DNA from: a virus | Taxonomy: Duplodnaviria > Caudoviricetes | Direction: 5' to 3' (one strand) | DNA length: 28,941 bases | IMG/VR virus record: IMGVR_UViG_3300027732_000094 | Location: 1 to 28,941 of that record | Part shown: one piece after another, positions 16,056 to 25,074 of the stretch | Position numbering within the stretch: position 1 is the stretch's first letter | How the letters are laid out: the number at the start of each line of letters is the position of its first letter | The notes under the pieces: model-generated | What the model saw: only the letters and a program-made list of their open reading frames with translations | Databases searched by the model: none | Told to the model about the DNA's origin: nothing | Made by a program: the position numbers and the translations under genes

Positions 16056-17233
16056 TAGATAAACCCCAACTTTCTTTCTTTTGGTTTATGTGTTTGCTGA
16101 TTGAATACATCAGCAATAGAATAATTTTCCATTTCTTTACCACGTGGTTTAGCTGGAAGTGTAACTTCCAATTTATTAGCAAGAACATTCGCTTGCTGCA
16201 CTGTCAGTGTATCAAATGTAATGATATCAAAACAACGTCCTGGACGAACCAGCGCAGAATCAATATCACGAATACTTGGAAGATTGGTAGAGAAGACCAT
16301 CTTCTTTCCTTTGGTAGTCACAAGACCATCACCAACATTTAAGAATCGGTGCATCATTGTGTTACCATCATTACGTGATTTTAAGAATGCATCGCTGTCT
16401 TCAAGAACCATAATGTTAGATTCATCTTCAATGAAGCGAGCAAAGAATCCATCTTTCTCAAGAATCTGTGCATCGTATGTAACGATGGCAGATGAACTTG
16501 TATGTGCAAGTAGACCACGAATGAATGTAGTCTTACCAGTTCCAGGTGGTCCAATCAACAACAGAATGTTTGCTGATGATGCCATATAACGATCGTAATA
16601 TGATTCCAGTGTTTCACCTTTAAGGAATGGATACATTTCTGCAACTGGCAGACGATCACGATTCAATGGTACATTACAAGAAGCACCATCAGAAGAATAC
16701 ACCCACTCGATATATGATGTAACAACATCAAAATTGTTCTCAATGATCTCAACCATATCGTCACAGAAGTCTACATCACCAACTGCACGAACAGTAGTTG
16801 AGTTTGAGTTAACATCAAACTTAATATAGTTCAATGTTTCTTCTTCGATGATAAAACCATTCGATGAATTACCCTGCACATAAAGGTAATCATTGTAGTT
16901 CTGCTCTGCCCATTCAGCCCACTTTGCACGATTGCAGAGAACAGTTGTCTCACGATGTACTGTTTTCTTACCTGAGTCGATTCGATTCTTAAGAATCTCA
17001 GAGATTACCAAATCATCTAAATCACTAACACCTAAAAAGATTTTATCGTTTTCCATAATTTTATTCAAGTTAAATTGACCATCTGTTGCATCCCACGTAA
17101 ACCTTTTTATAGTACGTCTACTTTGTTTATTTTTCTTTATTGGAGAACGTGATGTTCTTGACCTTACTGGTCTTGATTTTACACCATGCGTTCTAAGAAA
17201 CTCAGAAAAGTTAAAGGATCTCGCCATTATCAT
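16055..17233 (-). CDS. AAA ATPase (classic clade)
   Basis: GPPGTGKTT, VLEDSD, FSTN, DSALVRPGR; start uncertain. Confidence 0.88.
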   Translation of the reverse strand: MIMARSFNFSEFLRTHGVKSRPVRSRTSRSPIKKNKQSRRTIKRFTWDATDGQFNLNKIMENDKIFLGVSDLDDLVISEILKNRIDSGKKTVHRETTVLCNRAKWAEWAEQNYNDYLYVQGNSSNGFIIEEETLNYIKFDVNSNSTTVRAVGDVDFCDDMVEIIENNFDVVTSYIEWVYSSDGASCNVPLNRDRLPVAEMYPFLKGETLESYYDRYMASSANILLLIGPPGTGKTTFIRGLLAHTSSSAIVTYDAQILEKDGFFARFIEDESNIMVLEDSDAFLKSRNDGNTMMHRFLNVGDGLVTTKGKKMVFSTNLPSIRDIDSALVRPGRCFDIITFDTLTVQQANVLANKLEVTLPAKPRGKEMENYSIADVFNQQTHKPKERKLGFI

Positions 17234-17786
17234 CGTCTTTCATCATTATATCATCTTCCAATTCAATAAACTCATCTAAGTTCGTTTGTGTTTTCTTTTT
17301 CTTGGCTTCTTTCTTACGTTCAATGAAGTCATCAAAGTTACTATTGTTTTGCATAAACTCTAAGTATGCATTGTGAAAATCTCTATCGTCTTCATGGTCT
17401 TGAAGTTCGAATGCCTCGAATGGCATATTCTGTAACAACTTACCTTTAATGTAAGTTTGTTTCTTTTCTTTTGCTATGCGTCTTAAAAATGCATAGTAGA
17501 TAATCTGTGTGAAGTAAGAGAAAGGATTGTTCGACTTGGCTGGATCAAAGTTATCAATATATTGAATGCAGTTTTCTATTCCATCGAGAATCATATCATC
17601 TCGATAGGAGTAATTTATAAAATTGGGTTTGTAAGAGAGGTGTGTAGCGATCTTTAAGATGCACTCGCCAATGTAGTTACTGATGATTGGCTTTGGAAGG
17701 TTTTTCTCTTTTGCTTCGTGTACTTGTCTTCGATACTCGGATATCGCAACTAAGAAGTCTGCGTTGTTAACATAATGGGTGGCCAT
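17211..17786 (-). CDS. gp55: late transcription sigma factor
   Basis: HYVNNADF, YIGECILKIATHLSYKPNF.NY.YRDDMI.DGIENC, NPFSYFTQI.YYAFLRRI.KEKKQ. Confidence 0.96.
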   Translation of the reverse strand: MATHYVNNADFLVAISEYRRQVHEAKEKNLPKPIISNYIGECILKIATHLSYKPNFINYSYRDDMILDGIENCIQYIDNFDPAKSNNPFSYFTQIIYYAFLRRIAKEKKQTYIKGKLLQNMPFEAFELQDHEDDRDFHNAYLEFMQNNSNFDDFIERKKEAKKKKTQTNLDEFIELEDDIMMKDDDNGEIL

Positions 17787-17821
17787 GCGATTGGAGTTCC
17801 TCTATAATTCAATATAGCATA

Positions 17822-17850
17822 AGTATACATCAACTGCTATAAAAAAGCAA
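17822..17850 (-). promoter_or_regulatory. sigma70 promoter for gp55
   Basis: TTGCTT-17 nt-TATACT. Confidence 0.6.
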
Positions 17851-17875
17851 ATATCATTTTATTGCAAAAATAAAC

Positions 17876-17904
17876 TTGTCTTGCGACTTGAACTCTGGTA
17901 TAAT
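17876..17904 (+). promoter_or_regulatory. divergent plus-strand sigma70-like promoter
   Basis: TTGTCT-17 nt-TATAAT with a TG extended -10; points antisense into 17933-19803. Confidence 0.45.
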
Positions 17905-17932
17905 CCACAGTGTCTGTGGTTGATGAGATAGA

Positions 17933-18337
17933 TTAGTTGATTGTATCGTTTCCTTCGATAACAAACAAAAAGTCTTCTTCTGCAGGTCTGCTCTCTTCCA
18001 TGACTTTATTATTCTTACGAATGCGTGGTTCAATATTCAAACCAACTTCCTCATGGTCTGCAACAATCTTTTGATAGTGGGGAATGAATAGATGATGCAT
18101 CTTCTTCACAAACATTAGATTCTTTTTATCTAAAATATAAGAAGACGAATCTTCTGCAAACTGGCAGAGAGGAGATGCAGTGATGTGTTCTCTACCTGTT
18201 TCTATTACTGGGATAGTTCTAATGCACATTGGAGATTCAACTTCAATAAAGTCTTCATCTTCAGATTTTAAAACAGCCATGATATTCTCACCACTTACTA
18301 ATTTCATAACAACATAAAGTTCATTGCCTGTTAGCAT
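17933..18337 (-). CDS. conserved T4-like hypothetical protein (Sm-like), downstream of uvsW
   Basis: VMKLVSGENIMA motif; usual position between uvsW and gp55. Confidence 0.75.
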   Translation of the reverse strand: MLTGNELYVVMKLVSGENIMAVLKSEDEDFIEVESPMCIRTIPVIETGREHITASPLCQFAEDSSSYILDKKNLMFVKKMHHLFIPHYQKIVADHEEVGLNIEPRIRKNNKVMEESRPAEEDFLFVIEGNDTIN

Positions 18338-19803
18338 AAATCTACCTCTACTATTTTAATTGTAAATTCTTCTTCGGCATACGTCTTGTAGCGTTCAGCT
18401 GCATGATTCAACGTATGATTCTTCCATGACTTCCAATGCAAGTCATCGGCAATATCAAAAAGATTACAATGCGTCTTACCACTCTTCAATCTTAAACCAC
18501 GACCTATCGATTGTAGGTTGCGGATTTTGCTTTTGGTTGGCGACGCAAAAATAACATTCTCAAGCGAAGGTATATTAATACCAGTGGAAAAAGTTCCATA
18601 CGATGCAATAATGATAGCATCTGACTCTCCCTCGGTGATATGCCTAATGGCTTCACGATCAGTGGTGTCAGTTCCCCCGTAGACGAAAAATACTTTTCTC
18701 TCAGAGTGCGCTTTCTCTTTGATAAGCTCATACAATAATTTCCCATGCTTCTCAACATACTGGAACAAGACCAAAGTATTACCATCGGATTTTATTGCTA
18801 GATTGCGTATAAATTTATTACGCTTTTCGTTGGCGACTAACCAATCCATCTCTTCTTGGTAAGTTTTGTTCTTACGTTCTTTACGTATGTCTTCATTGTA
18901 TTTAAGAATGATAGACATTATATTTAGTGAAGATAATCTTCCTGAGTCCATCAATGCTTTGGTGGTGGTGACTCTATGCACCATTCCGAATACACCTTCA
19001 AGAACTAAACGATGTATCTTTTTATTGTCAAGAGTACCTGTTGTACCTATACGATAACGAACATTGTCCATCTTTTCCATGACACCGATTAAAGACTTAG
19101 CTTTAAACTGATGTGCCTCATCGCCTATGATACAATCAAATTGTTTGAACCATGACTTTGGTTGCAGATAAATTGACTGCCATGTAGTAATAAGAATATC
19201 ACTGTTGAGTTGTTTAGTGAATCCACTGTAAAGTTTTTGGCAATGTGTACCAACATCCCATCCATTAATAGATGAGTAGTCTACAAAGTCTGCATGGAGT
19301 TGTTCAACAAGAGATGTAGTTGGCACTACGATGATGCATTTTCTTCCAGCCCTTACATGCCAGCGAAGAATAGAATAGATGATGAATGATTTACCAGATG
19401 CTGTTGGAGATAGTAGGAGTGTTCGTTCTTTATCAAGAGCAGTAGTTATTGCATCAATTTGATAATCACGAATTTCAATTTTGTCTGGTAGGTTTAAACC
19501 ACGAACAAATTTCTCAACAAGTTCTTCGCTGATACCATTTGTTGTATTGAAATCAGATTTGTGTGTTAGTTCATATCCATTACGTTCACAAAACTTTTCA
19601 ACATAATCAAGCAGACCAATGTAAAGAGTTTTTCTTACTTGGTCATATAAGCGAACCTTACCATCCCACAATCTAGCTTTGTATTGTGGAGTGAATCTAG
19701 CTCCAGGATATTCATATGTAAAGAAGTCTGCGAGTTCCTGTTCAATACTAGGATCTCCAAACACTCTCATATAAACTTCATCTAATTTTTCAACAGTTAA
19801 CAT
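18331..19803 (-). CDS. uvsW: UvsW SF2 DNA helicase
   Basis: WDGKVRLY, RDYQ, SPTASGKS, DEAH, GTTGT, QSIGRGLR; likely start MLTVE at 19803, overlapping the uvsY stop. Confidence 0.96.
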   Translation of the reverse strand: MLTVEKLDEVYMRVFGDPSIEQELADFFTYEYPGARFTPQYKARLWDGKVRLYDQVRKTLYIGLLDYVEKFCERNGYELTHKSDFNTTNGISEELVEKFVRGLNLPDKIEIRDYQIDAITTALDKERTLLLSPTASGKSFIIYSILRWHVRAGRKCIIVVPTTSLVEQLHADFVDYSSINGWDVGTHCQKLYSGFTKQLNSDILITTWQSIYLQPKSWFKQFDCIIGDEAHQFKAKSLIGVMEKMDNVRYRIGTTGTLDNKKIHRLVLEGVFGMVHRVTTTKALMDSGRLSSLNIMSIILKYNEDIRKERKNKTYQEEMDWLVANEKRNKFIRNLAIKSDGNTLVLFQYVEKHGKLLYELIKEKAHSERKVFFVYGGTDTTDREAIRHITEGESDAIIIASYGTFSTGINIPSLENVIFASPTKSKIRNLQSIGRGLRLKSGKTHCNLFDIADDLHWKSWKNHTLNHAAERYKTYAEEEFTIKIVEVDLC

Positions 19804-20240
19804 CACATCCCAGCTAAGAATTTTTTCCATTCAACAGCAGTTTTAATTTGCCAATCTCTGGCTTTAATTTGCTGCATAATGGACTCTAGAAAATATATCA
19901 TTGTTTCAAGATAATCAATCTTTACTCTTAAAGTATTTAGATCAGAATCTCCTGACAGGAATTCATCCATCTCATTCTTTAATGGTTTAACACCCTGCCA
20001 TTGCGCCCAACCAAGATCGTTTAATTCATCACGTGATAGTTCACCACGATAGTAGCGAAACTTATTCTTGCGAAGAAGATTGTAGTCTGATTGGAGTTTT
20101 GTATGTTTTAGTTTAACTTGCACAAGAAGTTTAACATACTTTGCATGGAGTTTTGGAGTAGCAGTAGATTGCTCACCGAGATAGTTATCATCGATGGCAC
20201 AGTCTGCATCCCATAAATCTTGGAGTTGTTCAATGTTCAT
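19803..20240 (-). CDS. uvsY: recombination mediator UvsY
   Basis: W..D..ID, PKLHAKY, RYYRGE, R.WQIK.A.EW.KF.AG; adjacent to uvsW. Confidence 0.92.
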   Translation of the reverse strand: MNIEQLQDLWDADCAIDDNYLGEQSTATPKLHAKYVKLLVQVKLKHTKLQSDYNLLRKNKFRYYRGELSRDELNDLGWAQWQGVKPLKNEMDEFLSGDSDLNTLRVKIDYLETMIYFLESIMQQIKARDWQIKTAVEWKKFLAGM

Positions 20241-20264
20241 AATATCCTCATATTTGTTTACCGC

Positions 20265-20293
20265 ATTATACAGTAAACTTACAAAAAAATCAA
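20265..20293 (-). promoter_or_regulatory. sigma70 promoter for uvsY-uvsW
   Basis: TTGATT-17 nt-TATAAT. Confidence 0.65.
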
Positions 20294-20300
20294 ATTTGTC

Positions 20301-20834
20301 TTACAAGAATTTGTAATAACCGTATCTGAATGTAGCATTGCCTACTACATATTGCACGTCTTGGTTCGTAGATTCAAATACAATTGAGTCTATCGAAACT
20401 GGAAACAAGTCATTGAATTGCACGATCTGTGATGGAACATTAGTTCCAGAAAGAATCTGCAATGTTGCGTCAGAATAGTTTCTTGCTAACTCTGCTAAAG
20501 CACCACGCTGATCTTGATTTACAAAGGTTATGTATTGATCATAACTCTGAGGAAATCCAAGAGCAACAATCCAGTTATAGATTGCTTTGTAGTTAGCCAT
20601 GTCAGAATCAACTAAAAACTGAACAGTCAGTTGATCATATGTTAATGTCTCACCTGGAATTGGTTGAGTATTAAATGGATTACCAAACTCTGGTGCTCCC
20701 AATGTAATTCCAGGAAGATTTACCTGTTGGCAAAAGTAAGACATATCAGGCAATTTGCTGATGCTGAACATGAACCCATTAGGTGATAATGGAGTTATGT
20801 TGTTTGGGATAGGACAAGAAAGTGTATTAGCCAT
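20301..20834 (-). CDS. gp3: tail completion / sheath stabiliser (gp3-like)
   Basis: LSPNGF.F.I.KLP..SYFCQ.VNLPGI, FLVD.DM.NY..IYNW, SDATL.IL; lies between gp23 and uvsY. Confidence 0.85.
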   Translation of the reverse strand: MANTLSCPIPNNITPLSPNGFMFSISKLPDMSYFCQQVNLPGITLGAPEFGNPFNTQPIPGETLTYDQLTVQFLVDSDMANYKAIYNWIVALGFPQSYDQYITFVNQDQRGALAELARNYSDATLQILSGTNVPSQIVQFNDLFPVSIDSIVFESTNQDVQYVVGNATFRYGYYKFL

Positions 20835-20852
20835 ACAATTATTTAGTCAAAT

Positions 20853-20880
20853 AAAAAAGGGAGACATTTCTGTCTCCCTT
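20853..20880 (-). terminator. intrinsic terminator after the major capsid gene
   Basis: GGGAGACA-GAAA-TGTCTCCC followed by a U6 run on the minus strand. Confidence 0.85.
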
Positions 20881-20917
20881 AAAACACCGCTTCTTAGCGT
20901 CGGTTTATTACTCTTGA

Positions 20918-22216
20918 TTACATCAAGTTAGTAACTTTAACACGACGGTAGTAGTAGTTTTCGTCAGCTGTCAAGCCACCAGTACCATCCAATGCAACGA
21001 ATGGGTTAGCAACTAGACCATAACGAGTCTTGAAGCCAATTTTTGGTTGGAAGCTGTTAGGATCAACTGCACGAACCATTTGTAATGGAACGTATGGGCA
21101 GTAGAATAGACCAGCATCAAATGCTGACTGACCTTTGTAACCAACTACGAAGAACTGGTTAGCAGATACGTTTGCAGAATATGGATCAACATAAACTTTG
21201 TACTTGCCATTTAGAACACCAGCAAAAGTAGTAGAAGTGTCATCGATGTTCAATGCACTGTTACCTTGTAGAGCAGGAGTGTAGTCAAGAACACCAGCCA
21301 TCGCTAGAGCAGACGCTACGTCAGCTGAAGTGATGATGAAGTTACCACGACCACGACGAGTTTGTTGACCAATCGCATTTGCTTCACGTTCGATTTGGAA
21401 CATCAAGCCTTTGAATTTTTCAACAGACCAACGACCATTAGAGTCAACGTCCAAGTCGAAAGTACCAGCAGTAGCTGTACCGATTGCAGCACCAGGTTTT
21501 GCAGTAACGTAAAGAGTACGAATAACTTCACGATTGATTTCAGCAAGAATCTCTGTTGAAAGAATGTTGCTCAATTCGCCTTCAGCGTCAAGACCATGAA
21601 CTGATTTCATATCTTGTGCTAGTTCGATTGAGTATTCTGCTTTCAATGCACGAGTCTTAGCAGTAACAGAAGTCTTTTCGATGCTGAATGCCATTTGACC
21701 GAATGAACCATCACCTTGGCCACCTTGACCTAGACGTTCACCATCAGAAGTAGCAAGACCAGTACCAGTAGTGAAAGTACCGCTAACTGGGTTAGAACCA
21801 GCATGAGTACCAGTACCAGAGAAGTCTGAATCAGCTTCGTTGAAAAGTGCTTCAGTACCACCCATAGTGCTGTAACGTGATTTCATTGCGAAAATCAAAC
21901 CAGTAGGTTGAGTCATTGGTTGAACACCAGCAACATCATAAGCGATAAGTTGTGGCATTGCACGACGAACCAAGCTGATCAATACTGGATCAAACTTAGC
22001 CATACCGTTTGTGTCTGGATATGAACCAACAGAGTTTGTTGGTGCTGTTTCGTTCAACTCACCCATTGCTTCGTGACCACGACGTAGTTCACGTTCTTGG
22101 TTTTCTAGAAGAACAGCTGTAACTTCTTTAATGTAGTTGTTCTTAATTGGAGCAGATCCTTCATGTTCTAGGATCGGAGCCCACTTTTTAACTAAATCTT
22201 GGCGATTTTGTTGCAT
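20918..22216 (-). CDS. gp23: major capsid protein
   Basis: KW.PILEH, LLENQE, DPVLISLVRR.MP, GVQPM..PTGLIFAM, RALKAEYS.ELAQD, FQPKIGFKTRYG. Confidence 0.98.
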   Translation of the reverse strand: MQQNRQDLVKKWAPILEHEGSAPIKNNYIKEVTAVLLENQERELRRGHEAMGELNETAPTNSVGSYPDTNGMAKFDPVLISLVRRAMPQLIAYDVAGVQPMTQPTGLIFAMKSRYSTMGGTEALFNEADSDFSGTGTHAGSNPVSGTFTTGTGLATSDGERLGQGGQGDGSFGQMAFSIEKTSVTAKTRALKAEYSIELAQDMKSVHGLDAEGELSNILSTEILAEINREVIRTLYVTAKPGAAIGTATAGTFDLDVDSNGRWSVEKFKGLMFQIEREANAIGQQTRRGRGNFIITSADVASALAMAGVLDYTPALQGNSALNIDDTSTTFAGVLNGKYKVYVDPYSANVSANQFFVVGYKGQSAFDAGLFYCPYVPLQMVRAVDPNSFQPKIGFKTRYGLVANPFVALDGTGGLTADENYYYRRVKVTNLM

Positions 22217-22227
22217 TTTAATTTCCT

Positions 22228-23217
22228 TTATTTATTTTTGTTGAGTGCTGTTAGATAAGCTGACATAGTAGGATCAACTTTCTTTGATACTTCTTCTGTC
22301 AAGTTTTCTACTGGAGCATCTGTGACTACAGATTTAACACCTGAAGCAACTTTGGTTGTGAAATAATTTTCACGGATAGTCTTAACTTTTGTCTCAAAAG
22401 ATTCAGCATCTTCGTAAGAAAGTTCTTCAACAAGATTATTAAACTTTTCAGTTTCAGTATCTGTCAAACCTTCGCTTACTGTCTTAACGATATCACTACG
22501 CTTTTGTTCTGCGATGGTTTTATTCATCTCAACATTAGCTGATAGTTGTTCATTAAGTTTTGCTTCAAGTTCTTCGATCTTAGATTCCATTTCGCCTAAC
22601 ACGTCAAGACGTTCTTCTGGAATGTCAATATAGTGTTCTTCGAATAAACCTTTCAATCCGCCAATAAATCCTTCAAGAATTTCTGACTTCATACCACGCT
22701 CAAGGGCAATTTCATTCTGTGCAATCCACTGCTCGGCAATATAACCGAGATATCCATCAACCTGTTCAACAAGTCCCTCTGTATTCTGTGCTACTTGCTC
22801 GGCAAGTTTAGCTTCGAATTCTTCTTCGATACGTGCAACTTCTTCTTTAACACGAGCCATAACTGCTGCTTCGTAGATAGTAGTTGCTTTATCTTTAAAC
22901 TCTTCTGATAGGTCTTCACCATTAAATAGTGCAGCCATATCTTCTTTAACTGTGTTACCTTGACGAATAACTGATTGGTCACCAGCTGCTGCAGATGCAG
23001 TAGCAGCATTAGGCTTCTTAGAAGTACCACCTTCAGCTTCTTTTTCGTCTTGCACGTTGTTACGTGCATTGTCTGGATTAGGTGTTTCGCCACCATTCGG
23101 TACAGCGTTACCCTGACGAATTACTGACTTGTCACCAGCTTCTTCATCTAATTCTTCATGTAGTTTAGCCTTTTTAGATTCGGCTAATAGTTCTGCAATT
23201 TTTTGTTCGATTGACAT
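22228..23217 (-). CDS. gp22: prohead core scaffold protein
   Basis: Acidic coiled coil with LSEEFK.KATTIYEAAV and VDGYLGY.AEQW..NE.A.E.G.KSE; lies between gp21 and gp23. Confidence 0.93.
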   Translation of the reverse strand: MSIEQKIAELLAESKKAKLHEELDEEAGDKSVIRQGNAVPNGGETPNPDNARNNVQDEKEAEGGTSKKPNAATASAAAGDQSVIRQGNTVKEDMAALFNGEDLSEEFKDKATTIYEAAVMARVKEEVARIEEEFEAKLAEQVAQNTEGLVEQVDGYLGYIAEQWIAQNEIALERGMKSEILEGFIGGLKGLFEEHYIDIPEERLDVLGEMESKIEELEAKLNEQLSANVEMNKTIAEQKRSDIVKTVSEGLTDTETEKFNNLVEELSYEDAESFETKVKTIRENYFTTKVASGVKSVVTDAPVENLTEEVSKKVDPTMSAYLTALNKNK

Positions 23218-23251
23218 CGTGTTCTCCTATAACTGGATAGTTCTATTGAAT

Positions 23252-23259
23252 TATTTATA
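23252..23259 (-). promoter_or_regulatory. T4-type late promoter
   Basis: Exact TATAAATA upstream of gp22-gp23. Confidence 0.8.
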
Positions 23260-23261
23260 AA

Positions 23262-23915
23262 TTATCTGATTTTACTCAGGAAACTTTGGAAAGCACGTAC
23301 TTTGGCTTCCTCTAAATTACGAGATGAAGTTTTCTTGATTAGAGATTTAACTTCTTCTATATGTCTTTCCACGTACTTTCCATCAACAAATATCCACTCT
23401 TTATTTTCCATGATACCTCTAACGAATGCATCAGGTGCGGAAGGATCAGCAACAATATCAGCTGCAGTAGACAGCATAAAATCGTCTTGAACAATTTGAA
23501 CACCTTCGTTATTTGCTTTCAAAGAACCAAGTGCTCGACTAGATACTCCAAGGTTTGCTCCGCCATCTAATAGACCACGTGCAATTTGTCCCATTGGTGT
23601 TTCTAGAATTTTTGCTCTGCCGATATAGTTAGTGCCTTCTTTACGTAGTGATGTAATCAAGTGTGATACACGATCAAGATTAATTGATGGAGTATCTGGA
23701 TGACCTAACTCACCATAAGCACGATTTTTTTCAACATACTCTTTCATATAACGACCGACTTCGTTATCCATAATTGATTCTGGATACATGCGACCATTAC
23801 GATTCTGTAGCTCAGATTGAAGGAATACACCTTCAATAAAATATTCTTTACCTTTTCCTAGCTTTGATTCAACTACAAAGCTGGTTTGATCGAAGACTTC
23901 TCTAATTAGTTTCAT
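23262..23915 (-). CDS. gp21: prohead protease
   Basis: IEGVFLQSE..NRNGRMY, GELGHP, NLDRVSH, LGVSSR..GS, DIVADPSAPDAFV. Confidence 0.97.
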   Translation of the reverse strand: MKLIREVFDQTSFVVESKLGKGKEYFIEGVFLQSELQNRNGRMYPESIMDNEVGRYMKEYVEKNRAYGELGHPDTPSINLDRVSHLITSLRKEGTNYIGRAKILETPMGQIARGLLDGGANLGVSSRALGSLKANNEGVQIVQDDFMLSTAADIVADPSAPDAFVRGIMENKEWIFVDGKYVERHIEEVKSLIKKTSSRNLEEAKVRAFQSFLSKIR

Positions 23916-23916
23916 G

Positions 23917-24345
23917 TTAGCTTCCTACAACAGATTCGTCATCGTGTGCACCGAATTGTGCAGTTTCGATCTTAGGTGCATAACCACCAACTTTGCGTAA
24001 AATTAAATAACATTGTGCTTCTGCACCAGCGATTGTGACAACTACATCGCTTGTGTTTTCAATTGTATCAACAAAACCATTTCCTGCAGCAAATTCCATA
24101 TAGTCTGCGCCACCACCTGGAAGTGTTAATATGTTAACTGAATTTCTAGTGATAGTTATTGTAGCACTAGGTAAACCTACCCACTGAACACCAACAATAT
24201 TAACTGTCTGTGTAGCACCATCTAATGCTTGTGATGCTGTTAAAATATCAGTTTGTAGATCAATAGTTGCAGCTGCTGCAGTGCCTGCGATTTTAACAAC
24301 TGCTTCTTGTGCAGTATTTTTTAATATTGTTTTAACAACTGCCAT
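23917..24345 (-). CDS. hypothetical, probable virion/head-module protein
   Basis: 142-aa beta-rich ORF with a GAGGA RBS, between the portal and protease genes. Confidence 0.7.
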   Translation of the reverse strand: MAVVKTILKNTAQEAVVKIAGTAAAATIDLQTDILTASQALDGATQTVNIVGVQWVGLPSATITITRNSVNILTLPGGGADYMEFAAGNGFVDTIENTSDVVVTIAGAEAQCYLILRKVGGYAPKIETAQFGAHDDESVVGS

Positions 24346-24346
24346 T

Positions 24347-24889
24347 TTATTCCTCTATTCGTTCAAGCACATAAAAGAAGTTTTCTTTACTCTCTCTCAT
24401 GTACTCGATAATATCTGTTTGATCTTGTAATAAGTTATTTAGGAACGCTTGGGTGCGCTCGCTAATTGCTACAATTGAATCATCATTTAACACATAGTGT
24501 AGTTTATTTTCAACCAAGTTGTCGAGTTTATTTAATTTTCTAATCTCTTGGACAACTGGGTCTATAGTAAAAATTTTAGAAGAAGCAAGACTAATATAAT
24601 TTTCTATTAGCGTATCTGTTACTTTAACATCATGGTATTCTTTGATGATATGAGCAACTGTATTGTCAGATAAATTTTCGTATAAATCTTTTGATACTTC
24701 TTGTTCTAATTTTTTAGCAATATGTTCTTCTTTAATGTGACGTCTTGCTTCTTCTAAAGTCTTAAATTTAGTTTCACTTCCATCGATCAATATTACGTTA
24801 TGGTCATTCAACATAATGTTATGACCATAACAGCGAATATGTTCTACGATATTCGCTTTGATTGATTTATTGAACTGGTGATATCTCAT
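24347..24889 (-). CDS. hypothetical head-module protein (position of gp68-like core genes)
   Basis: 180-aa ORF tightly packed against its neighbours; identity from synteny only. Confidence 0.6.
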   Translation of the reverse strand: MRYHQFNKSIKANIVEHIRCYGHNIMLNDHNVILIDGSETKFKTLEEARRHIKEEHIAKKLEQEVSKDLYENLSDNTVAHIIKEYHDVKVTDTLIENYISLASSKIFTIDPVVQEIRKLNKLDNLVENKLHYVLNDDSIVAISERTQAFLNNLLQDQTDIIEYMRESKENFFYVLERIEE

Positions 24890-25062
24890 TACTCTGCAGA
24901 TTCTTCTTCTGGAGATTTAAACATACTTTGTGCTACTTGTGTTCTCATATCTTCTAGTTTGGCAGATACTTTCTGCGCCATTGCAGCAGAGAATGCATTT
25001 TCTGTTTCAAGTGCATCGCCAGCAGCGATAGCATTTACTAATGTGTCAATTGTTTCACTCAT
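24889..25062 (-). CDS. small prohead core protein (gp67-like, 57 aa; not in ORF track)
   Basis: MSETIDTLVNAIAAGDALETENAFSAAMAQKVSAKLEDMRTQVAQSMFKSPEEESAE; AGGAGA RBS; immediately after the portal gene. Confidence 0.78.
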   Translation of the reverse strand: MSETIDTLVNAIAAGDALETENAFSAAMAQKVSAKLEDMRTQVAQSMFKSPEEESAE

Positions 25063-25074
25063 TCAAATCTCCTA

